The notes under the pieces: generated by a model
Seen by the model: only the letters and a program-made list of their open reading frames with translations
The model's database searches: none
Told to the model about the DNA's origin: nothing
In this document: piece by piece, positions 31,858 to 50,485 of the stretch
Numbering within the stretch: position 1 is the first letter of the stretch
Layout of the letters: each line of letters starts with the position of its first letter
Position numbers and translations under genes: made by a program
NCBI RefSeq assembly: GCF_021028975.2
Contig: NC_059426.1
Coordinates: 71,796,001-71,860,000 of the forward strand
Length of the DNA stretch: 64,000 bases
DNA from: Sphaerodactylus townsendi
Taxonomy: Eukaryota
Direction of reading: 5' to 3'

Positions 31858-32095
31858 CATCGGTTCTCAACCTGTGGGTTGCGACCCCTTTGGGGATCGA
31901 ATGACCCTTTCACAGGGGTCGCCTAAGACCATAGGAAAACACATATTTCCGATGGTCTTAGGAACCAAGACACAAATAATTTTATGGTTGGGGGTCACCA
32001 CAACATGAGACACAAATAATTTTATGGTTGGGGGTCACCACAACATGAGGAACTGTATTAAAGGGTCGCGGCATTAGGAAGGTTGAGAACCACTG
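31858..32095 (+). mobile_element. SPIN (Space Invader) non-autonomous hAT element
   Basis: Ends catcggttctcaacctgtgggttgcgaccc and gcattaggaaggttgagaaccactg match the SPIN/URR1 termini as I recall them. Perfect 8-bp TSD tactagtg. Perfect internal 40-bp tandem duplication at 31969-32048. Confidence 0.8.
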
Positions 32096-34039
32096 TACTA
32101 GTGGGAGACAGTAACAGAAGAGGAACTAATAAACTAGCTGTGATCCAGGGTCCCACTTAGCATCCTATCCATGGTTGGCTAGGGCTGACATTTATATGCA
32201 TGTGAGACACTTTCTGTGGCCTGTGCTGACAAAGGGTAAGACCAATGTATAGTTTAAATGTGGGATCTCAGCCACTTGTTTTAGTTCTGTGCTGAAGTGT
32301 TAATGCTGTAGTGAGCTCCCAAATGATTTTGGCTGCTCATGGTTGTGCGTTGTGATGTTCTAATGGCCTCAAAGGACTCAGTTGAATTTTGTACAGGTAC
32401 CCAAGAGAGTCCTCTTGTAACTACTGGAGTTAAATTGAGGTTGCTTTTTTCTTTTTCCTCAAACACAAATACTTTTGCCATTAGCTTATGTGTTTTGGGG
32501 GGGAGGGAAAGGGGTAGATGCTGGGGTGATCATGTTTAAAGAACTAGGCAAAATGGGTTCCCTCCTTTGCTACGTGCCATTGTGCTAGCCAAGGCCCCCT
32601 ACAACAAACTCAATGTAATGGGATCATCGTTCTCAAACCAAGAATCAACAGGATCAGCGAGATCAACTGTGTAATCCTCCTCCTGGCAGAGCAGCTCAAC
32701 AGCTGTTTCAAAATGAGGCAAACTGACAAAAGTTATGGTATTCTGGAACAGAAGAAAATAGTGGGTCTTTTGGGCTTCCAATTCTTTCTGTGTAACATTA
32801 CCTTATCTCATTAAAGAGATCTACTGGCTTGTCATGCAGCAGACAATCATGCTGTCACCACTTCCTTGCTTAGGTGATAAGATGAAAAGGGACTGAAGAG
32901 AGGGACTAAAGTGAGGAGGACACAGCATCTTCCTTGAGAAGAAAGAATAAAGTAGTCAGGCCATGGTTCCCAGCTTTTTTGAGATGGGGATGGAGTGCGT
33001 GAGAAAAGTAGGCGCAACACTTAAGAAAATAAATACTAGAAGACAGAGAATAAAATTGGGGTCATGCTAAACAAGTATTTCAAACCAATATATTTTACAG
33101 GGTTTATTTTCATAGGCTGTACCAATGACTATCAACCTAAAAATATTTTTACCATGTAATCCTAAAAAGATTTGTTCAGAAACCAACTGAATTGTATTTA
33201 GTGGGGCTTATTCACAGGAAATTGTTTCTAGTTCTGTTGTGTAAAAGGACTAAACACATTTGTTAAGAGGTTAATGGCCATTTCGCATTGATAAGGGGAG
33301 GTTGGGGAAGGGGAAATTGAATCTCCATACTCAGAGGTGATTTTGCTGACAAAAGACACCTGGAAATTATTGTTGTTATGCCCTGTTTATAGACTCCCCT
33401 GGGGGCCACAGCTGGTGTTTGTGTGAAGGGCATTTGGCCTAGGCATCTAGTGTATTCAAATTTATGCAACCTATGCCTCAGGGTTTTTAAAAATGTTTTC
33501 ATATTCTGTCATTTTTAAATGTTGTTATGGCCAGTGGCCTTAAATGCTAGAAGTGATCCAGGTGTCTCTGAACCTATGAGAGGCCCTGCCCGGGCCTTCT
33601 GATGGGTTGCCAGAACTGTAAGGGATATGCAAAGGGAAGTACTTGCCTCAAGCACACAAAGAGGAGGGGCACAGAAAAAGTATAAAATGACTAAAATAAA
33701 AATTGTGTTATTACTCTTGTTATTTATGTATTTAGCTTCTTGCAAAAACAGCTGCTAAGAAAAGGGGCACAATTTTATATTCTTGCCTCAGGCATAAAAT
33801 TAGTTAGTTGTGGTTTTGTTGGTTGCTTCATGCTATGGCAAATCCATCTCTTCCATTGTGTTTTGTTTGCGTAGGAAGTTGTGGCCAATTTCAGGTTCCT
33901 AGTGAGTATACCTGTACAGTAGACGTTCATCATGATAACAACTGCAGTTTTTCATGTACATGTGAAATATTTCCAACAAACATCCTCTAAATCCTTAAAA
34001 ATAGAATCCTGGACTATACTGGACTCTGATAAAATAAAA

Positions 34040-35540
34040 TCCTGGACTCTGATAAAATAAGGAGAACTCTTGTGGCATCTGCACACATGACAAGCTTTGG
34101 TGTGCCAGCACTCGTTTCATCAGATGCATGTAATGTGTATTCAGTGAATTCACACACACAAAGAAATTATGTCTTAAACAGCAGGTTAAAATGCCGTGAA
34201 ATACAAGATGCACCAGGTGAGATGGAATTATGTAAAATTCAAAAGTAATCAAAAGCAGAGGCATTCAGGATATTAATACAATCTTCATAACTTTTGCTAA
34301 ACTAGATAATGCTGTAGTGAGGAAATCCATGTTCTCGTTATATTATAGGAGATTGCATCAAACTTATTGTACTTCATTGGATCTGTTTTGTAATCCCCAG
34401 AAAGCCCGGTATAATTCCTTTAAGTGGCAGTCCCTGTCCAAAGAATTGGAACAAATACAGTTATATAATAGAGTTTGGCAGTGAACAATGAATTGTGTGG
34501 CATGATCAGTATGAGTACTGGAAGCTAGCAGGTAAGAATAGAAGTCAAATCGGGGGGAGAATAAGGTCATTTTTTAAAAAGAATCAGGAACCTTTATTAG
34601 GCACCATGTCATGCTTATTTATGTTTATTTTATTTCATTTCTTGTCTGCCTGTCTGATAGAGACTCAAGGCAGATTACAAAATTATAAAAGATAATACAA
34701 AAATGCTACAGTATGTAAAATAAACAATTAGATAAACTGGAAGATATAAACTGAAGTACGATAAAACAATATAGAACATAATGTAGATTTCACAATTAGA
34801 GAAATGCTGAAGTACATTCAGTGTAATACATCTAGTGAACAATGCAGTATAAAGGGGCAATGGGAATAGTCTGAAAACTAAAATTTCATTGTCCAAACAG
34901 AAAGTACTATTCTTATGTATCCATACTGAAGTTGTACAATGGTGTTCATAAAACAGACCTCACTCAAGCTCAGAATGAATGGATGAATGTTGTGGAATGG
35001 CTGATGGAATTCTTGAAATCCTCCCCATGGGTCCTGGTGGTGAAAATGCCATTGATAAAAATATGGAGAACAGAGCAAATGTTAAAGGGCAAAAGATGAA
35101 AAAGCACTGCTGTAAGATGAATATAAATATGCTTGTATATTTGGGGGGCATTTGGCTGCCCATGGCTGTACCTGAAGGAACAAACTGTTGCCAAATCTGA
35201 AGTAACTATGGGTAAGGAGAAAGTGGAAAGATGATCTTTCTGATGACTGGTAGACCATATTGGTATACACAGTTTCAACATCCATTGCAACTACCACTAT
35301 TATTTCTACCTCAGGGCCTTGAGTAGTTGGTTTTTTCTTGCTTACAGATATCCCAGACATAAAACAGCTTCTTGCACAAGCTACCTAACAAAGACACAAT
35401 CCCAAGGACTATACTCAGCAACGAACACAAGCCCCAGTGTTATTAATAAACAAATAGCATCAGCTATGCCATTTTTAGTTCATCTGCTTGGTCATCCATC
35501 AGTGGTGTTACATGCCAACAAAGTCATTTTATGAACCATA
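34040..35540 (-). mobile_element. Degenerate Penelope-like retroelement (RT remnant plus terminal repeat with a decayed hammerhead motif)
   Basis: - strand remnants VAMDVETVYTNM, FLLTHSYFRFG..LFLQ, GIF...THGE and FHNIHP.I.LS match the PLE reverse transcriptase pattern. CTGATGA...CAAAGCTT lies at about 34092-34123. An opposite-orientation terminal piece lies at about 35590-35725. Confidence 0.65.
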
Positions 35541-36031
35541 AATCCTGCTGTTTACAGTTTTTTTTCTTTCAGACCTTTGTGAGTATACTAATGCACGATC
35601 TGTCTATATATGATAAAGAGGGTTCTAGTTTTCAAAGGTTTGTATTAGAATAAAAAACTTATTTGCTGTCCACAAGACTTTTATTTATTTTTGGTGCAAC
35701 AGTAACATGACTACTTCTCTGCTGGAATAGATCTTTGGCCTAACCTGCATATCACTTTGCTTTTTATGGAAAGTCCACTAGGAAGAGCTGCTGAACAGAG
35801 ATATAATTTCTTGCTCTTTTGTAAGTGAAAGACCTGCAAAATTGAATGAAGAATTCAGTTGTAGGAACAGACAGAACATACATAGCGAAAAGAACAGGTT
35901 GCTAATAAATGTAATTAACTGGGTATATTCTATATAATGCTAAAATGGGTGTAATGTATTGTTGAAGGCTTTCATGGCAGGATTCAGCTGGTTGTTGTGG
36001 GTTTTCCGGACTGTGTGGCCCTTGTCTGGTA

Positions 36032-37253
36032 CAAGGATGTAGGTAAGAGGGGGAGGGGGTTTTCTCGGGTTCAACCCCCTCCCATTGCATGTCCAAAGCT
36101 CCGCCCCGTTTGTTTTTTTATATTTGTAGGGTTTTTTCGGTTTTTGGCCTGCAGGCTGCGCATTTTTAGGCTAGCAACACAAAATTTCAGGGATTTGTTG
36201 GGAGACTCTCCTGATGAGATTTGGTGAGGTTTGGTTTAGGGGGTCCAAAGTTATGGACTCCCCAAGTGGGTGCCCCCATCCCCCATTGTTTCCAATGGGA
36301 GCTAATAGAAGATGGGGGTTACACCTTTGAGGGTCCATAACTTTGGACCCCCTGAACCAAACTTCACCAAAACTGGGTGGTATCATCAGGAGAATCTCTT
36401 ACTGATACCACCCAGGCTTTGTGAAGTTTTGTCAAGGGGGTCCAAAGCTATGGACTCCCAAAGGGGGTGCTCCATCCCCCATTGTTTCCAATGGGAGCTA
36501 ATAGAAGATGGGGCTACACATCTGAGGGTGCATAACTTTGGACCCCCGAACCAAACTTCACCAAACCGGGGTGGTATCATCAGGAGAGTCTCCTAAAGAT
36601 ACCCTGAAAGTTTGGTGCTGCTAGCTTAACAATTGCACCCCTGACAGCAGGCACCCCCCCACAATTTCCCCATATTCTCCTTTTAAATCCACCCCCTTCA
36701 GCATGGATTGGGAGAATCTGAGGTCCCCAGTTTAAACATTGAAAGTGATGCTGTTTCAGGGTGGGGGAGAATCCACCCCAAAACAGCATCACTTTCAATG
36801 TTGTTTTAACTGCGGACCCCAAATTCTCTCTTTAAGGTGGATTTAAAAGGAGAATCTAGGCTTCCTAGTTTAAACACCATTGAAAGTGATGTTGTTTGGG
36901 GCAGATTCCAACATCACAGTGGCCACCCATTGGGGGGGATGGTTGTGCAAAATTCAAATTTTGCACCGGGCTCCATTTTCCATAGCTACGCCTCTGCCTG
37001 GGGGGGGGGAGTCCATAACTGTGGACCCCCTAAACCAAACCTTACCAAACCTGGGTAGCATCATTAGGAGGGTCCCCCAAACAATCCCTGAAAGTTTGGT
37101 GCTGCTAGCCTAAACAATGCGCCCCCTGCAGGCCAAAAACCGGAAAAACCAGTAAAAATGTTTTAAAAACCCACAAAGGGGGGGGCGCTTCGGACATGAA
37201 TGTGAGGGTTGAAACCAAGAAACCCCCCCCCCCCGCCCTTACCTACGTCCTTG
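36032..37253. mobile_element. Composite hAT-like non-autonomous element related to 24039-24798
   Basis: Outer TIR caaggatgtaggtaag / cttacctacgtccttg, with the same internal repeat modules. An internal second terminus (catagctacgcctctg) ends at 36996. No TSD seen. Confidence 0.6.
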
Positions 37254-37510
37254 CTACTTTGTTGATGGCAGCCTAAAAAGGCTTTTATGTATACAGAAAC
37301 GATGCCGCCTGATCTCTAGCTACAGGGACTACAATTCCCACAATCCACCACTCCTGAAGACGCGACTTCGTTGGGGCCCATAGAGAGGTTCAATATGTGT
37401 CGTCACTACGCGTCGCCTGAAATAGTGACGTAGAATCGCTGCGCAAAACAGGTGAAGGTGACGGGGGTCGGTGAGTGCGGCTGGGGGGACCCCTTTTTCC
37501 CTCGAGTGCT

Positions 37511-44034
<6,524 letters not shown>

Positions 44035-44216
44035 ACAACTGAAACATCCACCTCACCTTTGAACTTTGGGTGGGATCTCTTGAGAGCAGTGTGATCTGTT
44101 TTTTGGCTTGTGCATTTGGAACAGTACATTTACTTGATCTGTCAGGTTTTTGGCATATGAGTGTAGGTTGTAACCTACCTCAGTTCCTCTTGCTCTCTTA
44201 ACAAACCAGATAACCT

Positions 44217-44222
44217 ATTAAA
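44217..44222 (+). terminator. Probable NDUFV1 poly(A) signal (ATTAAA)
   Basis: About 180 nt after the stop, followed by a GU/U-rich downstream element (tgtttgtgactgattttggtggttgttt). Confidence 0.6.
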
Positions 44223-44410
44223 TGTTTGTGACTGATTTTGGTGGTTGTTTATTTTTGACTGAAGAGAAAGCAAAGAAATAGACTAGATACATGTACATAA
44301 TTGCAATTATTTTCCTTGCAGAATGGGAAAGGAAAGTTGTGCCTGTATTTCTTAAGTTTTTTTAAGTCTTCCCTTTAAGAGCAGGATTCACGTTTCTGGG
44401 GCTTATTTTG

Positions 44411-45715
44411 CTTTATTTATTTATTTTATTTATTTATACTTTGGGCTTCTAGACCGCCCCATCCCCGAGGGGCTCTGGGCGGTGTACAGCAGATAATAAA
44501 TACAATTTTAAAACATCATAAATAGGCTAAAACTTATAAAAGCAGCGAAAACTAGCTAAACATTAGCATTTAAATGTAAAATAAATATAGGTGTAGGTGG
44601 CGCCCGGTGCCTAATATTAAATTCTTCCACCCCCAGGGAGAACGGTAGGTCTAGATAGATGTTATAGGCCCAGATGTAGAGGCCGGCGGAAGGGCCAGCG
44701 AAAGGGGCGAGCGGAAGGGGGCCAGCGGAAGGGGGCACCATCAGCGGCTGGACTCTCCAAAGGCCCGGCGGAACAGCTCCGTCTTGCAGGCCCTGCGGAA
44801 CTCACCAAGGTCCCGCAGGGGCCGAACAGCTGGTGGGAGAGCGTTCCACCAGGCCGGGGCCAGGGCTGTAAAGGCCCTGGCCCGTGTGGAGGCCAGCCGC
44901 GTCATCCCGAGGGGCCGGGGACCACCAGTAGATTGGCCTCTACCGAACGAAGAGACCGTGTGGGAACATATGGGGTGATCGCGGTCTCGAAGATACGAGG
45001 GTCCCAGGCCGCGTAAGGCCTTAAAGGTCAACACCAACACCTTGAAAACGATCCGGAACTCTACTGGGAGCCAATGTAGTCGGCGCAGCACAGGCTGAAT
45101 ATGGTCCCAACTGGCGCTGCCTGTGAGCAGGCGCGCCGCTGCATGTTGGACCAGTTTCAATCTCCGGATCGAGCGCAAGGGAAGGCCAGCGTAGAGCGAA
45201 TTACAATAGTCTAGCCTGGAGGTGACCGTTATGCGATTGGATTAAGTGGCTAGGTCCGCTTGGGAGAGGAAGGGGGCCAGCCGCCGGGCCTGGCGAAGGT
45301 GGAAAAAGGCAACCCGGGTTATATGGGCCACCTGGGTCTCCATAGAAAGAGACGAATCCAGGTGGACCCCCAGGTTACGCACAGAGGGGGTCGGCGCCAA
45401 TGTGACCCCCTCCCACACCGGCGGCTGAAAAGTCCCGCCCTCCCCCTCGCGGCCAAGCCAAAGGATCTCTGTCTTCGATGGATTCAGCTTTAACCTGCTC
45501 TGTCGCAACCAACCAGCAACCGCCTCCAGACAATGCTGTAGAGCCGCAGGGGCGGCGGCTGCTCCCCCCTCCATCGACAGAATGAGCTGGGTGTCATCCG
45601 CATACTGATGACAGACCAGCCCAAAACTCCGTACCAGCTGAGCAAGGGGTCGTACATAGATGTTAAATAATAGCGGGGATAATAGCGCCCCCTGGGGTAC
45701 ACCGCAAGAAAGCGG
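44411..45715 (-). mobile_element. Relatively young 5'-truncated L2 LINE
   Basis: - strand CGVPQG, CHQYADDTQL, LKLNPSKTE and LHWLPVEFRIVFKVLVLTFKAL. CpG-rich with few frameshifts. (TAAA)n tail at about 44411-44437. Confidence 0.85.
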
Positions 45716-47649
45716 GCCTTTCAGCCCTGCTCAGCTGGCGGGCAGGCAGACAACAGATTTATATCTTGCCCCTCCCTGACCAAGGTCAGGCTCAGGGTGG
45801 CTAACAATACAAAAATGTAAACAATTAAAATACATAAATAAATTTAAAATCCCCATAAACACAGTTTTGTCTGCTATTGACTTCAATTCAGCATCTGGAA
45901 AGAAGTATAACACTAAGTATTCTTTGAAAAAGAAATGTATCTCTAAGCCTTCTGTACATTTATCATCATTTTTTTCCATCAAGTTTTAGCCGACTTATGG
46001 CAACCCCATAGGGTTTTCAACACAAGAGGGGTTTAGAGGTGGTTTGCCATTACCTGCCTCTGCATAGTGACCCTGGTATTCCTTGGTGGTCTCCTACCCA
46101 AATACTAATTTGAACTGACCCTGCTTAGCTTCTGAGATCTGATGAGATCCTTAGCCTAGCATCTGCATTTAGTTATTGTGAAATTTACATAATAATCATT
46201 GAAAGAAACAACAGAGGAGAACTTTGACTTTTGAGATTTCCCATTGTCAGAAGAAAAGTATAGAAAAGGAACATGCTGTACATACTGCAGAACTTCCGTG
46301 TTGCGTTTTGTAAAACATGAGCTATGCTTTGCCTTTCTGTACCAACCACCTGAATTTCTACATCAGCAACAACTACTTTTAAAAGAATTTATGTAAAATA
46401 CTCTATGTCTGGGAAGATTCAATGAACTGTGGCCTGAACTATAAACCAGTTCAGCTAGTTCATCTCCCATCATGTACAAGTTTTACAATAGTTAACTATG
46501 GCCGAGTTGCCCAGTCATTGACCCTCGTTTTATGTTTTGCTGCCTTTCCTCAAAGTAACTGAAGGTGTTGTGCAATTCAGATGGTCTCATAGGGCTGTTT
46601 CAAGAATTGGAATGGCCTCAGCTGACAAGTTTAATTTAATGGATGAACCAGGAATTTGAATCCAAGCCTTCCAAAGCCTTTGTCCTAACATTACCCACTC
46701 TCCTCTATTTATCTAGTTTCTGTCTCTTTTGATTACCAAAATTCTGAATAAAGTTAAAAAGCTTTAATTTGTAGGAAGATAGATAGTAACAAAAATGAGT
46801 GAGTAGGGATAAAATTATCATGCTGTAAGTTAAAATATTGTAGTTTTGTGGATTTTCAGGGACCAGAATGGTATAATTGTTTGGTAGACCACACGTCATT
46901 TCATAAATTTTACTTTGCATGGAAGTAGATTAAAGTAGATTAAAGATAACTGGTGCTGTTTACACCTTTAGAAAAAAGTTGGGACAATCTGCACTGGACA
47001 GTTGCTCATAGCCATCTAAGCTGCGATCACTAATAAGTGATCTGGTCCAGACTTTTGCTGAATTTTATAGCAAAAGGTAAAGTTTAAAAACGAGTGGAGA
47101 ACTCTAATAGGGAGAAGATGGCTCGATTCCCCACTCCTTCACGTGAAGTCTGCTGGATGACCTTTGGCCAGACAAAGTTCTCTCATATCCCCCTCAGCCC
47201 AGGCAGAGGTAGGCAAAGGCAAACCATTTCCAAACATGTCTTGAAAATCTTATGGGGCTGCCATAAATCAACTGCAACTTGATGACAAACACATACAGTA
47301 GTAAATAAATTATGAAAGTAGAACAAACCAGGTCTGGGGCGAAGGGAGTACTTTCTTCCATCATAACATTTAAAAAGGCTGGGAGAAATGTCACAATACA
47401 ACCAGCCTCCTTTGCGCATGCAGAATAAGCCAGTATAATAAATTATACCGCTAAAAACTGCAGGAAAGGTTTCCTCCCCCAACCATTGTGAACAGAAAAG
47501 CTGCATAGCAAGCAAAAGAAAAGGAAGGGAACACGAAGCCCTTCTTACTGAGCTTGTTTTCTAGACATTTATGCAAACGGACATTCAAAACTGCAGTACA
47601 GATGATCGGTTTCACGTTCTTATTAAGCACTATCAACACTAAGCACTGC

Positions 47650-48230
47650 AACTCAGCGGTCTATGCCAAGCCCCTCCTCGAAGCTGACAGAGTGCCGTGG
47701 GGGCGAATCACGCCTGCGGATCCAGCTAGGGGCGGGGCGTTGGATCCCATTGGCGGTCGTGGGTGCCCCAGTCTCTCTTTCCCGCCAGCCTGGGTTGCAG
47801 AGAAGACTCCGTGCCTAGGAACTCGAGAAGGTCGTTTCCTTTTATTGCTTGGCGGAAGTGCGTCTTTTTACACGCAGACGCCGGCGATTTCTCATTTGTT
47901 GGGGCAAGCTGGGAAGCTTTCCGGGGTACTATGTTTCTTGAGGGTCTTGGGCAGCGTTTGACATTCCCTTCCTGGCGTAGCCTGTTTACTCAGAAGTAAA
48001 TTCCATTTTTTTCAATAGAGTTTACTCTCGGGTAAGCATGCTTAGGATTGCAGCCTTACCGCTACGGTAAACAGGAGTCTTGTAGATCCTTAAACAAAAC
48101 ACGTGCTTACGATGCCGCGAGTTCTCTCTCTTTTTAAAAAAGCGTGCCAGTCTTTAAAGTGCCCTAAGGTGTTTGTTTATTTTTGCTACATCAGGCGCAC
48201 ACGGCTGCCCCGTTAGCATATTCTGCCGGG
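47650..48230 (+). promoter_or_regulatory. NUDT8 CpG-rich promoter and probable non-coding first exon
   Basis: GC box GGGGCGGGGCG (about 47729), inverted CCAAT (ATTGG, about 47749) and ETS/GABP site GGCGGAAGTG (47851-47860). The NUDT8 ATG exon has a splice acceptor 6 nt upstream of the ATG, so a 5' UTR exon is needed. Its donor was not pinned down. Confidence 0.6.
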
Positions 48231-48676
48231 AGTGGGGTTTACTGGAGATTCCTGGAGTTGAAAGATCCCTGCTAAGTGACTTTAAACCAAACGCTGGGAA
48301 ACTGGTATTGCTTCATTAGACCCATCCATCACATTAAGAATTTACTGAACAATTAGTAGTTAATAAGTGTGTTATGTAAGACTCTTGCTAAACGATTAGG
48401 CTTTGAAAAACTGATATCACTGGATCAAGTGCATCCATTTTGTTGAATACATTAAATTTAAAAAGTTTTAATTGGATTTTGAATGCATTTGCCATTACCT
48501 GCCTCTTTAATTGTTACTGTCTTGCATTTTATTGTTACAGACTCTTCTTTAGTGGGTCAGGGAAACTTCTTTTCTGAATAATGTTTTTTGTAGGGTAGGG
48601 TAAGGGGGACTGGGAGTGAGTATATGGAACCAAGGAGGCAGTGGGCTGAAGAAGTTTGGGAACTGGTGGTCTAAAG

Positions 48677-49078
48677 CAGGGGTAGGGAACCTTTAGCACT
48701 CAAAGAGCCATTTGGACCCGTTTTCCATGGGAAAAGAAAACACTTGGAGCCGCAAATAATTTTTGACATTTAAAATGAAGATAACACTGTATATATTGGG
48801 GTTTTTTTACCTTTTACTCCGCTCATTCTAAGAAGCGCATGGATGCGTCCGCCCTGCTACCTGCAGGGCGGGCAAGGATGGGGCCAGCGGCTCAGCCTCG
48901 CCAGCCGCCGGGAAAGCACCCGCTCCGCTCCAACGGGGCAGGCGAGAGGGGAAGCCTGCGGCGCGGCCCAGCCGGCTGCAGGCAGTTGGTGCGCCCGCCC
49001 TGCTGCCTGCTCATGGAGCCGCAGTGCAAGGGCAGAAGAGCCGCATGCGGCTCTTGAGCCGCAGGTTCCCTACCCCTG
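48677..49078 (+). mobile_element. hAT (Charlie-like) MITE, 402 bp, copy 1
   Basis: 16-bp TIR caggggtagggaacct and a perfect 8-bp TSD gtctaaag. Confidence 0.9.
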
Positions 49079-50485
49079 GTCTAAAGCAACCTGGCCTGAT
49101 AAATACCTAAGGTGGTAAAATAGACCATATTTTTCCAGATTGTTAGTAGGGATGCCATTTTTAGCACTTCTCCATGTGCAGAATCCCTTGCATATTAAAA
49201 TCTAGTATAGTAGGTAATAGTATATATAGTAGGTAATATCTAGTATAGTAGGTATCTAGTATAGTAGGCAATATAGTATAGTATTTTTCATATGAAGTGA
49301 GACTTCAATGTCACATGCTACCAGTAGTCTCCTATCTTCTGCTTTATATGTAGGCCAGGGTTGGCAATGGCCTTGGGACAGACTGGGCAGTGGACTTTAA
49401 TAACCAGACAGGCAAATGGGTTCAAACTGTAATCACAGCGATGTGGCAGGCTGATGACTATGGACTACTTTTGGGAACTCCCCAAGGTTTCAGCTGACAA
49501 AGAGAGAGGATTATTTGTAGGTCACCCTTTCTTCCCTGTAGCTCCAGCCCATTCTCTCTGGCTCTGTCACAGCTGTCTGAGAAGTTTTCCTTTATCTTGA
49601 GATGAGAGGCTTTATATGTCTTCCCACAACCCTCTGGGTCCACCCTCTATTCTGTTCTCTTGAGAACAGCTAAGCCCCCATTGCCCTGACACCCAGCCCA
49701 ATGTAGCAGATTGCTTCCTGCTTCTCCTGGTCAAGACACACTGCACAGCTTTTGCTGACAGCACCAAACAGCTGATATTTGCTGGCATTTCTGTGCACTC
49801 TCTTGCCACCAGTAAACTGTGGTTAGTATCTTCTCCCTGCATTAGGTTGCCAACTTTGGGTTTGGAAATACCTGGACATTTAAGGTACAGCCTTAATATG
49901 ATGGGTTTGGGGAGGGGCGGGACCTCACTGGTCTATGATGCCGTACAGTCTACCTTCCAAAGCAGCCATTTCCCCCAGGAAAAATGGAATAAATTTTTAA
50001 TAAGTAAATCTTAAATAAATAAGCTATGTATATAGTCTGAAGATCAGTTGTAAACCATGGGGATCTCCGGTCCCTCCCTGGAGGTTGGCAACCACATCCT
50101 GCATACCAGACAGTATGGCCTTGCTTTCCAATGGCCTGTTGGAACAAGAGCCATCACAAGCAGTGGACCTTGGACAACTGCCAGGTCTTTTTTTCTGGAT
50201 CATTTATTTCTGACAGACTTGGCTTCTTTTATTTTTATCTTTGTGCTCTAGCAGACATTTGTATAGCATGCCCAAGTACTAAAAACATTACTAGATTGAG
50301 GAATAGGAAATGAGTTGATAATAAGAACCCATGTTGTTGTAACTATTAAATTTTTCTGGTTCCTGTGGATTCCTGGGATACTGACAGAAGCTTCGTTCTG
50401 CAATATCTTTGGCTGCTTGTTTTTATACCTCTGGCTCAGCTTGGATGAACAGCATCTTTCTTTCCCCCTTCATCTGCAGGGCATT

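Noticed and set aside
34092-34123. Active hammerhead ribozyme
   Set aside because: The catalytic GAAA reads CAAA and the stems are eroded; kept only as a relic.
36160-37120. CRISPR-like array of repeats with spacers
   Set aside because: Eukaryotic context. The repeats are irregular direct and inverted modules inside a TIR element, and there are no cas genes.
37471-37506. A 36-nt GT-AG 5' UTR intron just before the NDUFV1 ATG
   Set aside because: Well below the normal vertebrate minimum intron length.
48839-49118. Duplicated 72-91 aa ORFs (also at 61836-62094) as a novel gene pair
   Set aside because: They start inside and lie largely within the two copies of a GC-rich MITE.
50315-50485. 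Longer NUDT8 N-terminus suggested by the ORF track
   Set aside because: It starts at a non-ATG codon and runs through a polypyrimidine tract and acceptor (ctgcag| at 50479), so it is intronic.
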